Shown one piece after another: positions 11,493-23,161 of a stretch of DNA of 64,000 bases. Below the pieces are notes generated by a model that saw only the letters and a program-made list of their open reading frames with translations, did no database searches and was not told where the DNA came from. The position numbers and the translations under genes were made by a program. The stretch lies in contig NMRA01000146.1 of assembly GCA_002633005.1 (NCBI GenBank), positions 307,981 to 371,980 of the forward strand, written 5' to 3'. The first letter of the stretch is position 1; each line of letters begins with the position of its first letter. The stretch comes from Phoronis australis (Eukaryota; Animalia; Phoronida).

Positions 11493-14400
11493 ATGTCGTC
11501 TTTAATTGGATCAATATCTCCATTAACAGAATCAACTAACTTTGATTCACACATCGAACGATTGGAGGCGTATTTCGAGGCAAATGATTTGCCCTCCGGA
11601 AAACATGTTAGTTGTTATTTAACCGTTGTCGGTGAAACTGCTTATGATCTGTTGAAATCATTGCTGTCTCCGACAGCCCCTAAGGACAAAAGTTTCAACA
11701 ATGCGTCGCTGCGCTGAAAGAACATTACTCCCCAAAACCGGTGGTGATTATGGAACGTTTCCGATTCATGAAAAAGATACAAAAGCCCACAGAGTCAATC
11801 CGTGATTATATTGCGGCTTTGAAAACCCTAAGTTTTCACTGTGATTTTAAAACTACGCTTGAGGAGCGTCTGAGAGACCATTTGGTTATGGGCCTTTACT
11901 CAGATTAATTGCAACAACGTCTCTTACGAGAGAAAGATTTGAGGTTTCAAGATGCCGTTGACGTTGTGGTTGCTATGGAAGCGGCGATGAAGGACTCTAA
12001 AGAAATTCGCCCAGCACCGCAAGATGTTCACAAAGTAGCTGGAGCTGCAGGTGGGGTGAAACCCAAGCCCAACCCTGCACCTCGTAGAACTCGTAGAAAT
12101 AGATCCACACCGTCAAACTTCAATGGATCATGGTGGCGTTGCAAAGGCAAGCACAAGGCTCGTGAGTGCCGGTTCATAAACGCCACATGTTACAAGTGTA
12201 GTAAGATAGGGCACATTAAAAGGCGTGTCATTCAACCCACCATGTATCTGTGTGTGCAGGCTCTCAGGAAACGTCTCAAGCGGACACTCAGGAGGTGGAT
12301 GCCTGTGGTGTGTATCACATAAATGAAACTATCGGTGATGAGCCAGACAGGTTGACATTGACTCTTAATGGAATACCTGTTACCATGGAGGTTGACAATG
12401 GTTCCGGTCGTTCACTTATGTCTCGTGAAACATTTTTCGAGACATGGAGTGATGATTGGCGTCCAGAACTCGTCAGAAAAGAGTTGCCATTGCGTACGTA
12501 CACTAAGGAACCGATACCGGTTGCCGGTTCGTGCATTTTTTCTGTGAAATACCGAGGTTGTGTACAGGATCTGAAGTTGTGGATTGTGGAGAGTGCAGGT
12601 CCAACGTTGTTGGGTCGCAGTTGGATGCGCGAGTTCAACATGCAAGGAACATCAGATGTGTCTAAAAATGTGTTGGATGAATTTCCAACTTTGTTCGAAC
12701 CGGGTTTAGGTACCTTGCGCGATGTGAAGGCCAAAATTCATGTGGACCCTGACGTCACACCACGGTTCTTCAAAGCTCGCTCTGTGCCTCATGCAATGCA
12801 TCTTAGAATAGAAGAGGAGTTGGATCGTTTGCGGGGGCTTGACATCATTAAAGCAGTTGAGTTCAGTAATTGGGCTGGGCCCATTGTGCCAGTTATCAAG
12901 GCTGATGGTCAGTCATTGCGTATCTGTGGTGACTACAAATTAACTGTGAACAAAGTCTCTCAGTTACACCGCTATCCGATTCCGCGTATGGATGATTTGT
13001 TTGCGTCATTAGCCGGTGGACAGAAGTTCACGAAGTTGGACATGTCGAACGCTTACAACCAACTTGAGTTGGACGAGCAGTCCAAAATGTATATCACTAT
13101 TAGCACACACCGCGGATTGTTTGTCTACAAGAGGTGTCCGTTTGGTCTTAAGTCAATACCCGGTCTGTTTCAACGCCATATGGAAACATTGTTGAAAGGT
13201 ATCCCACACGTAGTTGTGTACCTTGATGACGTGCTTGTTACTGGCGTTGATTATAAGGAACACTTAAACAATCTGCGTGAAGTACTGCCTCGTTTCTCAG
13301 AATCCGGTCTTAAGCTCCGTAAACACAAGTGTTCACTGATGCAGTCAGAAGTTGTGTACAATGTATTTGGGTCGTCGCGTCACCTCTGAAGGACTTCACC
13401 CTATTCAGGATCGTGTTAAAGCTATCTTGAATGCTCCCGTACCGTCAAATGTCTCTGAACTCAAAGCTTTTTTGGGTATGCTAAACCATTATGGATCTTT
13501 TCTGTGTGATTTGAGTACATCACTTGAACCTCTTCATCAGTTGTTGAGGCGTAATCAAACTTGGTTTTGGTCGGCAGAGTGTCAGAGGGCATTTGATAGT
13601 GCGAAGAAACTGTTGTGTTCATCTCCATTGTTAGTTCATTATGACCCTAATAAACCAATACTACTGTCGTGTGATGCGACTTCGTATGGTTGAGGTTGCA
13701 CTTTGTCTCACATAAACCCTGATGGAACTGAATCGCCTATTGCACATGCATCGAGATCTTTGAACAGGCCGAACGAAACTATGCTATGGTTGACAAGGAG
13801 GGTCTAGCTTGTGTTTTCGCTGTTAAGAAAATGCACCAGTATGTTTGGGGTTGTAAATTCACACTAGAAACAGATCACAAACCCATTTTAACCCTTTTAC
13901 GTGAGACAAAATCTATACGCCCTATGGCGTCAGCCAGAATGCAGCGTTGGGCCTTGACGTTGTCCGGTTATGATTACTGTATTCGTTATCGTAAGGGATC
14001 AACCAATTGTGTTGTAGATGCTCTCAGTAGATTGTCATTGCCGTTTCAGGAGGTAAACACTCCTACCCCTGGTGATGTGGTTTTGTTGATGCAGACATTG
14101 CAAAAGAGTGAATCTCCTGTATCTGCATCGCAATTGAGACTTTGGACAAGTCGTGACCCTGTGTTATCTACTGTTAAGTCATGTATTATGTCAAGTAGTT
14201 GGGATAAGTTACCATCTGTCTTACTTGATGATTTGACACCATGTGTAAGCAGGAAGCTTGGACTAAGTGTACAAGTAAACTTAGTTTTGTGGGGATCACG
14301 TGTGATTATTCCCCCGCAAGGTCGTGTTAAGATTTTAGATGAGTTACATGATGCACATCCTGGTATTTGTGCTATGAAATCTTTGAGTAGAAACTATGTT

Positions 14401-15498
14401 TGGTGGCCTGGTTTAGATTAAGCATTGAGTGATGTTGTTAAGAAATATAAAACTTGTCAAATGTTGAGTAAGAAACCTGCTGAGGCACCATTGAGCATGT
14501 GGCAGTTCCCTACCGCATCTTGGGAAACGCTTCATATTGATTTTGTTGGACCATTTCTCGGTACATATTTTCACATAGCTATTGATGCCTACTCTAAATG
14601 GATTGAGTCATGTAACATGAGCAGCATTACTGCTGAGTTAACCATTGAGAAATTACGTCATATTTTTGCAACCCATGGTTTGCCTGATACCATTGTTTCA
14701 GATAATGGTAGTGCATTTATTAGTCAGACATTCCAAGAGTTTCTTGCAAAAAACGGTATTAAGCATGTCACTAGTGTGCCATTTAAGCCTGCATTGAACG
14801 GCGCTGCAGAAAGGGCAGTGCAGATTACCAAGAACGGTTTGAAGCGTGTCACTGAAGTTTCGCTCGAAACACGTTTGTCACGGGTTTTACTGAGCTACAG
14901 GACACGACCACATTCTGTGACAGGAGTTACACCCGCAGAGTTGCTTATGAATCGTACATTAACGACTGCTTTAAGCAGAGTGGAACCTGATTTCACTAGC
15001 CGAGTCAAAACTAAACAAGCTGTTCAATGTGAAAATCACAAATCTGGTAAATTACATGTACGTGTATTTGAGATTTGTGATAAGGTTCTGTTTCAAAACT
15101 TTGGTGGTGGCCCTAATAAGTTGCCAGGTATCATTATGGAAAGTTTAGGGTCTCGCATGTATTTGGTGAAATCTGACCATGACAAATATTATAGACATCA
15201 TGTTGACCAGATGCAGCTAGATTGTACATCTCCCAGTTTGCATGATAGAAGTGTAGAAGTAACTGATCATTCGTCTTCTTGTAATGATATTGTTAACATT
15301 GAACCTGTGCCTAATGTTAACGAGCCTGATTCAGCGACAAGCCCTGATGATATGTTGAGTTCACCCATTGTTCCCGAATCTAACAGGGATGTTGTGGAAT
15401 CACCCTCAGCATCTGTGCCTGTTCCGGAAGCTCCGCCAGTACCGGCTTCTAGACGTTCGCTCAGAAATTTTAAGCCCCCGGACAGGTTGAACTTGTAA
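11493..15498 (+). pseudogene. Disrupted gag-pol polyprotein
   Basis: Gag (ERLEAYFEAN; zinc knuckles incl. CYKCSKIGH), protease (MEVDNGS), RT (RICGDYK, YLDD), RNase H (CDATSYG, TDHKPI), integrase (HDAHPG, LHIDFVGP, SDNG, AERAV). Broken by frameshifts and in-frame stops at ~13691 and ~14419. Confidence 0.93.
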
Positions 15499-15547
15499 AA
15501 CTGTTTGTTGTTCCTGTAGTTAAGTTTTCCAAGCTTGAGGGGAAGGG

Positions 15548-15704
15548 TGTAATAAATTATGTATTGCGACCGCTAGATGGCGTGTTGTCTGAGGTACGCT
15601 CCCTATTTTTTAAAAAATGGATATCAAGTGACTTCCTCAAAACTGGCTGTTGTTTGTCTTTGAAGAACTGACTCGAATCGAATCTGGGATCATCAACGTT
15701 AACA
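15548..15704 (+). repeat. 3' LTR
   Basis: TGTAATAAATT...CGTTAACA directly after the polypurine tract. Confidence 0.95.
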
Positions 15705-16940
15705 GCTCATTCACTCGTTCGTACATTGTCATCACACCAATCGTTGAATTTAGGCTCGCGGCTCAGTACGCACGTTTCCGTCTACTGTGGTCTTAACTAC
15801 TAAAACATGGACTTCCTCGGAGATTGTAGTTAAAAGCGCACATTTGTCATTTAATTTTGTTTTTTCAGGACAGTCCACCTTAGTAAAGAGTGTGGAGGGG
15901 TCGTCAGGCACAGCCAAACTGTGTGCTAAAGTTGTGTCATGCAAATTAATTTCGATACATCAGCTTTAGGGGAGGCTGGTAACCCGTTAGATATCACTTG
16001 GAAAACACGTGAATTTCTGTGGCAGCCTCCGTAAGGGAAGGTTTGCCAGAGTTTTCTACGTCAACGGCTGTCAAATTCCCCAAAACATCACCAAACTCCA
16101 AGCTCATGCTCTTGTGTTTTCAAACAAGAATGTGTTAGTTGACGTTTAGTCTACCCCGAGTAGGATAAAGATTTCTATCTTTTGGCTTCAAGTCGTATAC
16201 CGATTTTCTTAGATTTGTAGCCGCAGCCCTAGTGAGTGGAACAGGCTCAGTTATGGTTACACAGATTTTTAGACAAAAGATAAGAGTTTCTTTAGTTGAC
16301 GAACATCCCTCTCCCCCTTCCGTGTTGGGTTAAGGTGCGTTCACACAGGCAAACTCCACCAAACGTTTGCTCCTCACAATGTCTAAAGTTTTGATAAGTT
16401 TGGAAACCAGTTCATGCTAGCAGAAAATAAGGAGGATGCCATTTTGGTTATAATTCACCAAAATTCACCAGTGTTCAAATTAATGTGCATGACCAAACTT
16501 CAGCACGCTAATAGATCGTGTCTTCAACCCATCCAGACAGGAAACTTTTGCTTGCAGACTTGACCAAAATCAGGGTTGGATATTTTGCAAAGTTTACACA
16601 AAATGCCGACCTGGACCTGTCTTTCAAATCAATCGTGCGCATATGATGATGTATGATTTTGGAAATGTTGTGTTATAGAAAGGATAGAGGCCTTTTGAAA
16701 CTTCTTCAGTAAGTCCACACTCCGGCCGTACCTACCACTTACCTCAGTTTTGTTCATTTCGCTAGTAGTATGAATTTTCAACGTCGCGAGCTTACACACG
16801 AAACTCTAGTGTGACCTCGCTATTCACTGCCGTGACTTTCCTCAAGATTGCAAGAAACTAGCTTCACGGAACACGACACTCATATGCGCACCCTGTTAGA
16901 TGTTGGAACTTTGACGCAATTATTTGAATATACATGTACA

Positions 16941-18205
16941 TCACTTTTTGTCCACTGGTGTGGGCCTGTCTACAGACATGTGACTGTAGGGCAAAACCCT
17001 AGCTGTTCCGAGCTTATGACTATTGACGGAACTAGACCACTGCTTCCTTGATATCGACGACGACTTTCGGCACCCAAAAATGATAAGCTGTTGCTCCAAA
17101 TTTGCTGGAGAGACGGGACCACTCACTTTACTCAGTTTGTATGTTGCCGTGGCGTGAGCCCAAGCATAGAAGTAGTAGACGCTATTACTTGACGTTTTCA
17201 CGTCCTTGTGGTTGTAATGACCCAGTATTTCTAGAGCCCGTGCTGCTATGGTCAGATGTAGATTTTCAACGTTAAAATTTCTTAACCTCGATTGGAAATC
17301 GTGGCCTTCATAACACTGCTGGAGACAACTGACCCAGTCTTTTGTTTTCCCTTCGTTCACTCCAAGAATCAGCAATGCTGCAACTAAAGTGTCGTGTATT
17401 GATCGAGTTGGAAATCTGTATCGTTGTAGCTCAGCAACACGCTGCCTGCTTATTGTCATCAACATTTTCGTGTAGCGATTCATAGTTCTAATGTGATTCA
17501 GCCTGTCGGTGGCCGCTTTGAAATCGTCTAACACATCAAATAATCCCTGCCGGGCAACCACGGTGAGCATTCGTTTCATTCCCGCGTGATCCTTGGTTTT
17601 CTCCATGCCTTGAATTGTAGACTTAAGCGTAAGCGCCATTATCAATTGCTGAGATTGTCGGATCAGCTCCACGTCTTCATCCAGCTGTTCCCGTTTCATA
17701 TGAGCTGCTGTTTTATTGTAGTTTGTCAGAGCCGCTTGGATTTTCTCGCGGTCTTTAGTTCCTTGACTTAACGTCAACGTTATTTTGTTGAGTTCGTGCT
17801 TCAGGCAATTGATATCGCCTAGTTTCTTCGGAGGTTCAACCTGCTGCCTGACCTTTTCGCTTTTCTTATCGGCAACATCGGGGCACGTGGACAGGAAACG
17901 TCCAAGCATGGTTCCACTGTCTATCACATGGAGTGCATTGGGAATTAGAGCGTGCTGTGTTATGTGCCTTGCAATCTTACCACGGGGTTTCTTCTTTTCC
18001 TCTAGCATCTGTAGCAACTTGGCTACAACGTTGTCGAACTCTACTTCTCCTTCAATTATTTGTCGTTTCGTCTCTGCCAAGTAAGCATTGCGCATGTGCC
18101 ACACGCAAATGAAGACGAATGTCACGCAGCAGATAACCAGGACCAATGTAGTCAATGTCTTTGACTCCGTAATGTCGACGACATGAGTCCAAAGGTACTC
18201 GTGCA
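16941..18205 (-). CDS. Terminal exon: TM helix, helical region and dynein stalk MTBD-like domain
   Basis: Open frame of ~420 codons. Acceptor ttttgattgattgtag| in phase 1 matches the TSP1 exon donor. TM is LTTLVLVICCVTFVFICVW; MTBD-like stretch ISRQRVAELQRY.FP...LLILG...KDW...DFQSRLRNFN...VKTSS...FYAWA. Confidence 0.85.
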
Positions 18206-19156
18206 CTACAATCAATCAAAATCCTGTACAGGCTCTTGATATGCGAAACTTTTAAAAGTATTTCGAATAGCTTATTGCTTAAGTTTTCGTGGCGACATTT
18301 TAGGTCTACTAGTTTCGACGCCCCTACTGAAAAATGTTCTTCAAATATCCACCAAAACCCGCAATTTTATGTGTCATTCAGATGAAAATTTCGTGAAATG
18401 TTTTCAAAATGTCACATTTTCGACATTTCATAAAATCACGTAGGGATAGTAACTGAGTACTTGAGTGGTATACAACTTAGGTAGGTCACGTGACCGTATC
18501 CTCGATAAGTGGGCGTGTGCACGAGCATGAATGAACTTTCATGCCCGAAAACTTAATTATTATTTATTTTAGTCACACCTTCCGACTGACGAAGTTCATC
18601 GTGTACATGTATTCTAATTTGGTGAATGTAAAATAAAGAATATCTTTACAAATGTCTAAATGAAACTTCAGCAGCGCAGTTTCCGTCAAGTTTGTCATTC
18701 TGCCAATCTGGGCTGAGTACCATACACGCAAGAATCTTGCGAGTAATGGTAGGGTGATCACGTTCTTCCCTTGTATGGCAAACTCTTGCGAAGTCTTATT
18801 TGATATTACGTTTTTGTGACGTTATTGCGTATACGGAAGGCACGCCTGGACACTATTGTCTTTCGTCGTTCAGTCGTTTTGACTATATTTTTACCCTTTG
18901 TGTAACGAAAGTCTGTGACAAGCTCATTTCATTTGAGAGTCACCAGTTTTGCAACCCCACAAACCACTTATCATCGCAACGGAAAAAAGTGAGATTGTAC
19001 TGTGAACATCTACATGTACCTACATGTACATGTACACGTCAAATGTCGTATTTTGAAGAATTTGCAGTTATGACAATTTGTGGTCAAACAACGTCTAGTT
19101 ACATGAATCCAGTTACATGTAGTTGGCCTTGGTCGTTATTTTGAATTTCTACTCAC

Positions 19157-19345
19157 TTTCGTGATATGGGTCGCATGGGAATTCGTCTTTGCAGGCTGCA
19201 AAATGTCTGTGCGAATCCGGGCAGTCGTCGCCCCCATTCTCCGACGGTGACGGGTTGGTGCAGGTTCGTTCCCTGCGTCGAATTCCCTTACCACAAGTTG
19301 TACTGCAGCCGCCCCATTCAAGCCAATCTGACCATACACCATGAA
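19157..19345 (-). CDS. Thrombospondin type-1 (TSP1) repeat exon
   Basis: ttcttgaag| ... A|gtgagt; 189 nt, phase 1-1. Translates [57 protein letters not shown] (WxxWxxW, CSxTCG, RxRxC). The ORF track shows the wrong frame here. Confidence 0.95.
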
Positions 19346-21099
19346 CTTCAAGAAATGAGAGTGAACGTGTTACCGCCTTTCAATTCATCTGCAGATAAAG
19401 TTTTTGCGTGCACGATGTGTCATGTTTGAAGACTGAGGTTTGCAAAGCTTCTTGAACCTGACTCCTGCTAAACAACACTAGAGATTTTTACCGTCTCAAA
19501 CCCGTTCTCACAGCGTCCCATACTCATTTTGAAAGTCATTTCTGGGCCTGTTGACCAATATGTGTAATCGAAATCGAACACGAAATTACTTTTTGTATTT
19601 TTCGATCCGTTATTCTTTTGTGCGATCTCCACGTTAGTGTTATTATTATGTATAATCTATTACATTATGATTTTTGCCGGTGAGTCTCTCATTCGCGTGT
19701 GACGACACCAGCATTCAAGTTTTAACCTGAGTTCGACACTGAACTCGAAATCTCCAGTCTTCAGCTCGTATTTAGTGCCGCCGTTCTTCTAATGCAAACT
19801 TGGAATATAAATTAATGAGCGATAATCAAAATGTATTCAAGCTCGGGATAGTAGGCACTGATAGTCTGGGACCAAATGCTGTTTTTTACTTAACCGGGAT
19901 TTGTCGGATAAAGTTTTTTTTCCTTGCTGTTTCATGTAGCCTAGGCATAGTTAACCCTTGATCATTTTTAAAATATGCAAATTAAGGTCGCCATTATGCA
20001 AAATTCTATTTTTGCTTATAATTTGCTTACCAAACACTGCAGGCAGAAAATTTTGACGTTTTTACCCATGTTTCCATGAATTTAATACTACAAGTTTTTG
20101 GTGAATATATTGTCAATTTGCATAATTTGGGCAAATTAAGGCGGCCATCATTATGCAAAATTCTATTTTTGCTTATAATTTCCTTACCAAGCACTGACGG
20201 CAGGTTATTTTGAAGTTTTACCCATGTTTCTATGGTCAACGAGTTGAGTAATGGAATTTTTTGGGTGGATACAACGTCAATTTGCATAAATCATTTTACT
20301 TGTTCTAATAGCCATGGTACCAATCATCACAGGGGAATTATCATGGAATTTGTACCTATGTTTCTATGGTCAATTAGTTTAATGAGATCATGCATGTTGT
20401 TGTATGATAAATTTGCATAATTAATGCAAATTAAGGTCACCATTATTCAAAATTATATTTTGCTTAAAACGCCTTTACCAAGCAGTTCAGACAGGTTACT
20501 TTAATGTTTTCACCTGCGCTTCCATGGTCAGTGAATTTAATGGACCTCGTTTACTGGTGGATACATTATGAATTTGCATAATAAGTGTATATGCAAATTA
20601 GGGCCGCCATTATTCAAAATTCTACTTTTGCTTATAGCTGAAGTACTAGGCTCCCCAATTAAACTATTTTAACGTCTTTACCCAATGTTCCTGTGAAATC
20701 AGTAGGTAAGTTGTTGCATGATGAATTTTCATAATTTATACAAATAAAGGACACCAGTATTCCAAATACTGTTACTGCTCATAATTTCCTTCCGGGCTTT
20801 ACATATAGATTATTTTCAAATTCATCTCATGTGTTCATGAATTTGCAATAATTTATACTTTACACAAATTACAGCTGTCATATTCAAAATTCTACTTGTG
20901 CTTATAACTGCTGCATCAGACACCTGAGGTTAGTTATAAATATTTGCACCAATGTTTCTGTGGTAGATGAGTTTAATGAAATCTGTTTGCAGGTTGTAGC
21001 ATGATAAATTTGCAGAATCTCCTTCTTGATGTTGAAGTAATGAAATACTTGGTGTAGCGTGTGTTCTGCAGTTTGAGACTTTAACTTTGGGCACATTTG

Positions 21100-22180
21100 C
21101 CATTTGTCGAACAAGATTGAAACACATCTGGGAGAGATGGAGAGCGGTCAACATTAGATCTTGTACTAGAACCTATCACACGGAAGAAAGTAAGCCATGT
21201 TTTGATGCACATGCCCAGGATATTGCACGAATCTGTCAAATGTAGATACCAGCATCGATCTATTAGATACCAAGGTCCATCCCAAAGACGTAGTAGTGAA
21301 CATTAGCATGACAGGATTACTACTCCAACAGTTAATGTAGGCCTACATGAAACAAGCATTGGACAGGTAATGTTATCAGACTTTGAGAAAGGCTAGCAGT
21401 ATGTTAGGAACACAAGTAGGCAATCACTGACGAAGATCCTTGTCCCTCAATACAGTACAAGGACATTGGAGATCGAGACATCCCATGAAGAAGCTAGCTC
21501 CATTATTGTCCAACAAGACGTGAAATGTGCCTATGAACAAATTTTAGGTTGTATCGGATGACAAAATGTATTTGTATTTGTCCTTGTCTGCGTTACTAAG
21601 ACAAGGGACAGCTTCAAATACCACAACCATGAAATCACCTTCAGTGTAGTAAGCGTAGAACAGTCGTAGACATAAAGTTAATACTGGAAACATGTAGCGA
21701 TATTGTGAAGGTCTCCTGCCCATGCGCTTTAGGGTTGTAACGTGGAGTTGGAAAGGGATCCATTGTTAAAATACTGAAGGCTGGACATGACTTGTCTGGC
21801 ATCGGCACTTTTAATGCACATTTTCTGATGTCATGAAACAGGCAAATAAATGTATGCGTGCCTGCTATGGAATGAAGAGAACCAAGAAAATGCCAGGAAC
21901 CAGACTACTGGTACGGGGAAGAGAAATGGCAAGAAATATATGTCCGCCTCCAAACTGTCACCGACAACAGAGGCATTCACAGAGAATATAAACGCAAACA
22001 GAGCCCATTACCAGTCAGCCACGTGGTGGAATGTCTCTAGCATTAGATCCAGAGGACTATGGATGGAAGAAATACGCCATGAACAAATCTCTCTCCACAT
22101 TCTTAATTCCGCATGGTGTTCAATTCGCTCCTGTTGCATACTGTTGATGATTTGGTGTGACTGCAAAGGTCAGATTTCAT
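21100..22180 (+). pseudogene. Academ-type transposase relic (XPG/PIN-like region and Cys-rich end)
   Basis: Frameshifted motifs SHEEASSIIVQQ, SDD.NVF, HAL*GC, SPTTEAF...RAHYQSATW, DPEDYGW and CDCK. Confidence 0.65.
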
Positions 22181-23161
22181 AAATTGCAGTGTCAATTTTC
22201 TACCCCGCACATTTTACGCACGTTATACTGTAGTGTGCTCACGTTCCGAGTGTCAACTTATCATTTGAAACGTCTTGTGACTGGTCTCTATTAGATAGAT
22301 TATGTCCTGGGTTTATGCAGTTAAAAAATTTGGTCATCTACTACATACACTGTATAACCTGGGTATCAGACAAAACTAAAATGTATAATGCTGTGAAATG
22401 AATTACATATCATTTTTTATGTAATGACAGATTACCTAAAATTCATCTGTAAAAATACCAAAATAATCTACATGTAGTGCCCCCAGTTAGAGAGTTACGG
22501 GCTGAAATAGAATTTTTATTAATGATCGCATTCACTTTCATAAATTATGCTAATTTATCATGCAACTTGCAAAGTGATTTCATTAACCTAATTGACCATG
22601 GGAACATATGTTCAAATATCATGAGAGTTTAGCAGCGGTACGTGGTACCACAGATATGAGCACACTTTGAATTTTGAATAATGGCGCCCTTAATTTGCAT
22701 TAGTTATGCAAATTTGCATTAATTACTAAACTAATTGACCAAAAGAATATAGGTGCAAAATTCATGATAGTTCATCTGTGGTGCCTGGTACTGTAGCTAT
22801 AAGCACAAGACGGATTTTGAATAAAGGCGGCTTTAATTTGCATAAATTATGCAAATTGGCAATGTATTCACCAAAAAAACTTCCACTAATATATTCGTTG
22901 ACCATGGAAACATCGGTGAAAGCATCAAAATAACCTGCCTGCAGTACTTGGTAAGTAAATTATAAGCAAAAGTTTACTTTTGCATAATGATGACCTTAAT
23001 TTACATAAATTATGCAAATTGACAATGTAGTCACCAAAAAACTTGCACTATTAAATTCAAGGACCATGGACATATGAATAAAAACGTCAACATTATCTGG
23101 CTGCAGTGCTTGGTAAGGAAATTCTAAGCAAAAATAGAATTTTGCATAATGGCGACCTTAA

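Larger units (their letters stand above)
11316..15704 (+). mobile_element. Ty3/Gypsy LTR retrotransposon (Mag/K02A2.6-like), full length, degenerate
   Basis: Paired 157-bp TG..CA LTRs, PBS-like TGGCGACGAG at 11475, PPT GAGGGGAAGGG at 15537-15547, imperfect 5-bp TSD GCTAA/GCTCA, and gag-PR-RT-RH-IN domain order. Confidence 0.95.

Noticed and set aside
12315-12734. Antisense ORFs within pol (and others opposite the Ig and terminal exons)
   Set aside because: Shadow frames of real coding sequence on the other strand.
16941-18215. Stand-alone intronless gene or dynein heavy-chain gene fragment
   Set aside because: No ATG before the TM, a good phase-1 acceptor at 18206, and no AAA motor domains nearby.
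19136-19351. ORF-track peptide [10 protein letters not shown]...
   Set aside because: Wrong frame; the real coding frame is the spliced TSP1 exon 19157-19345.
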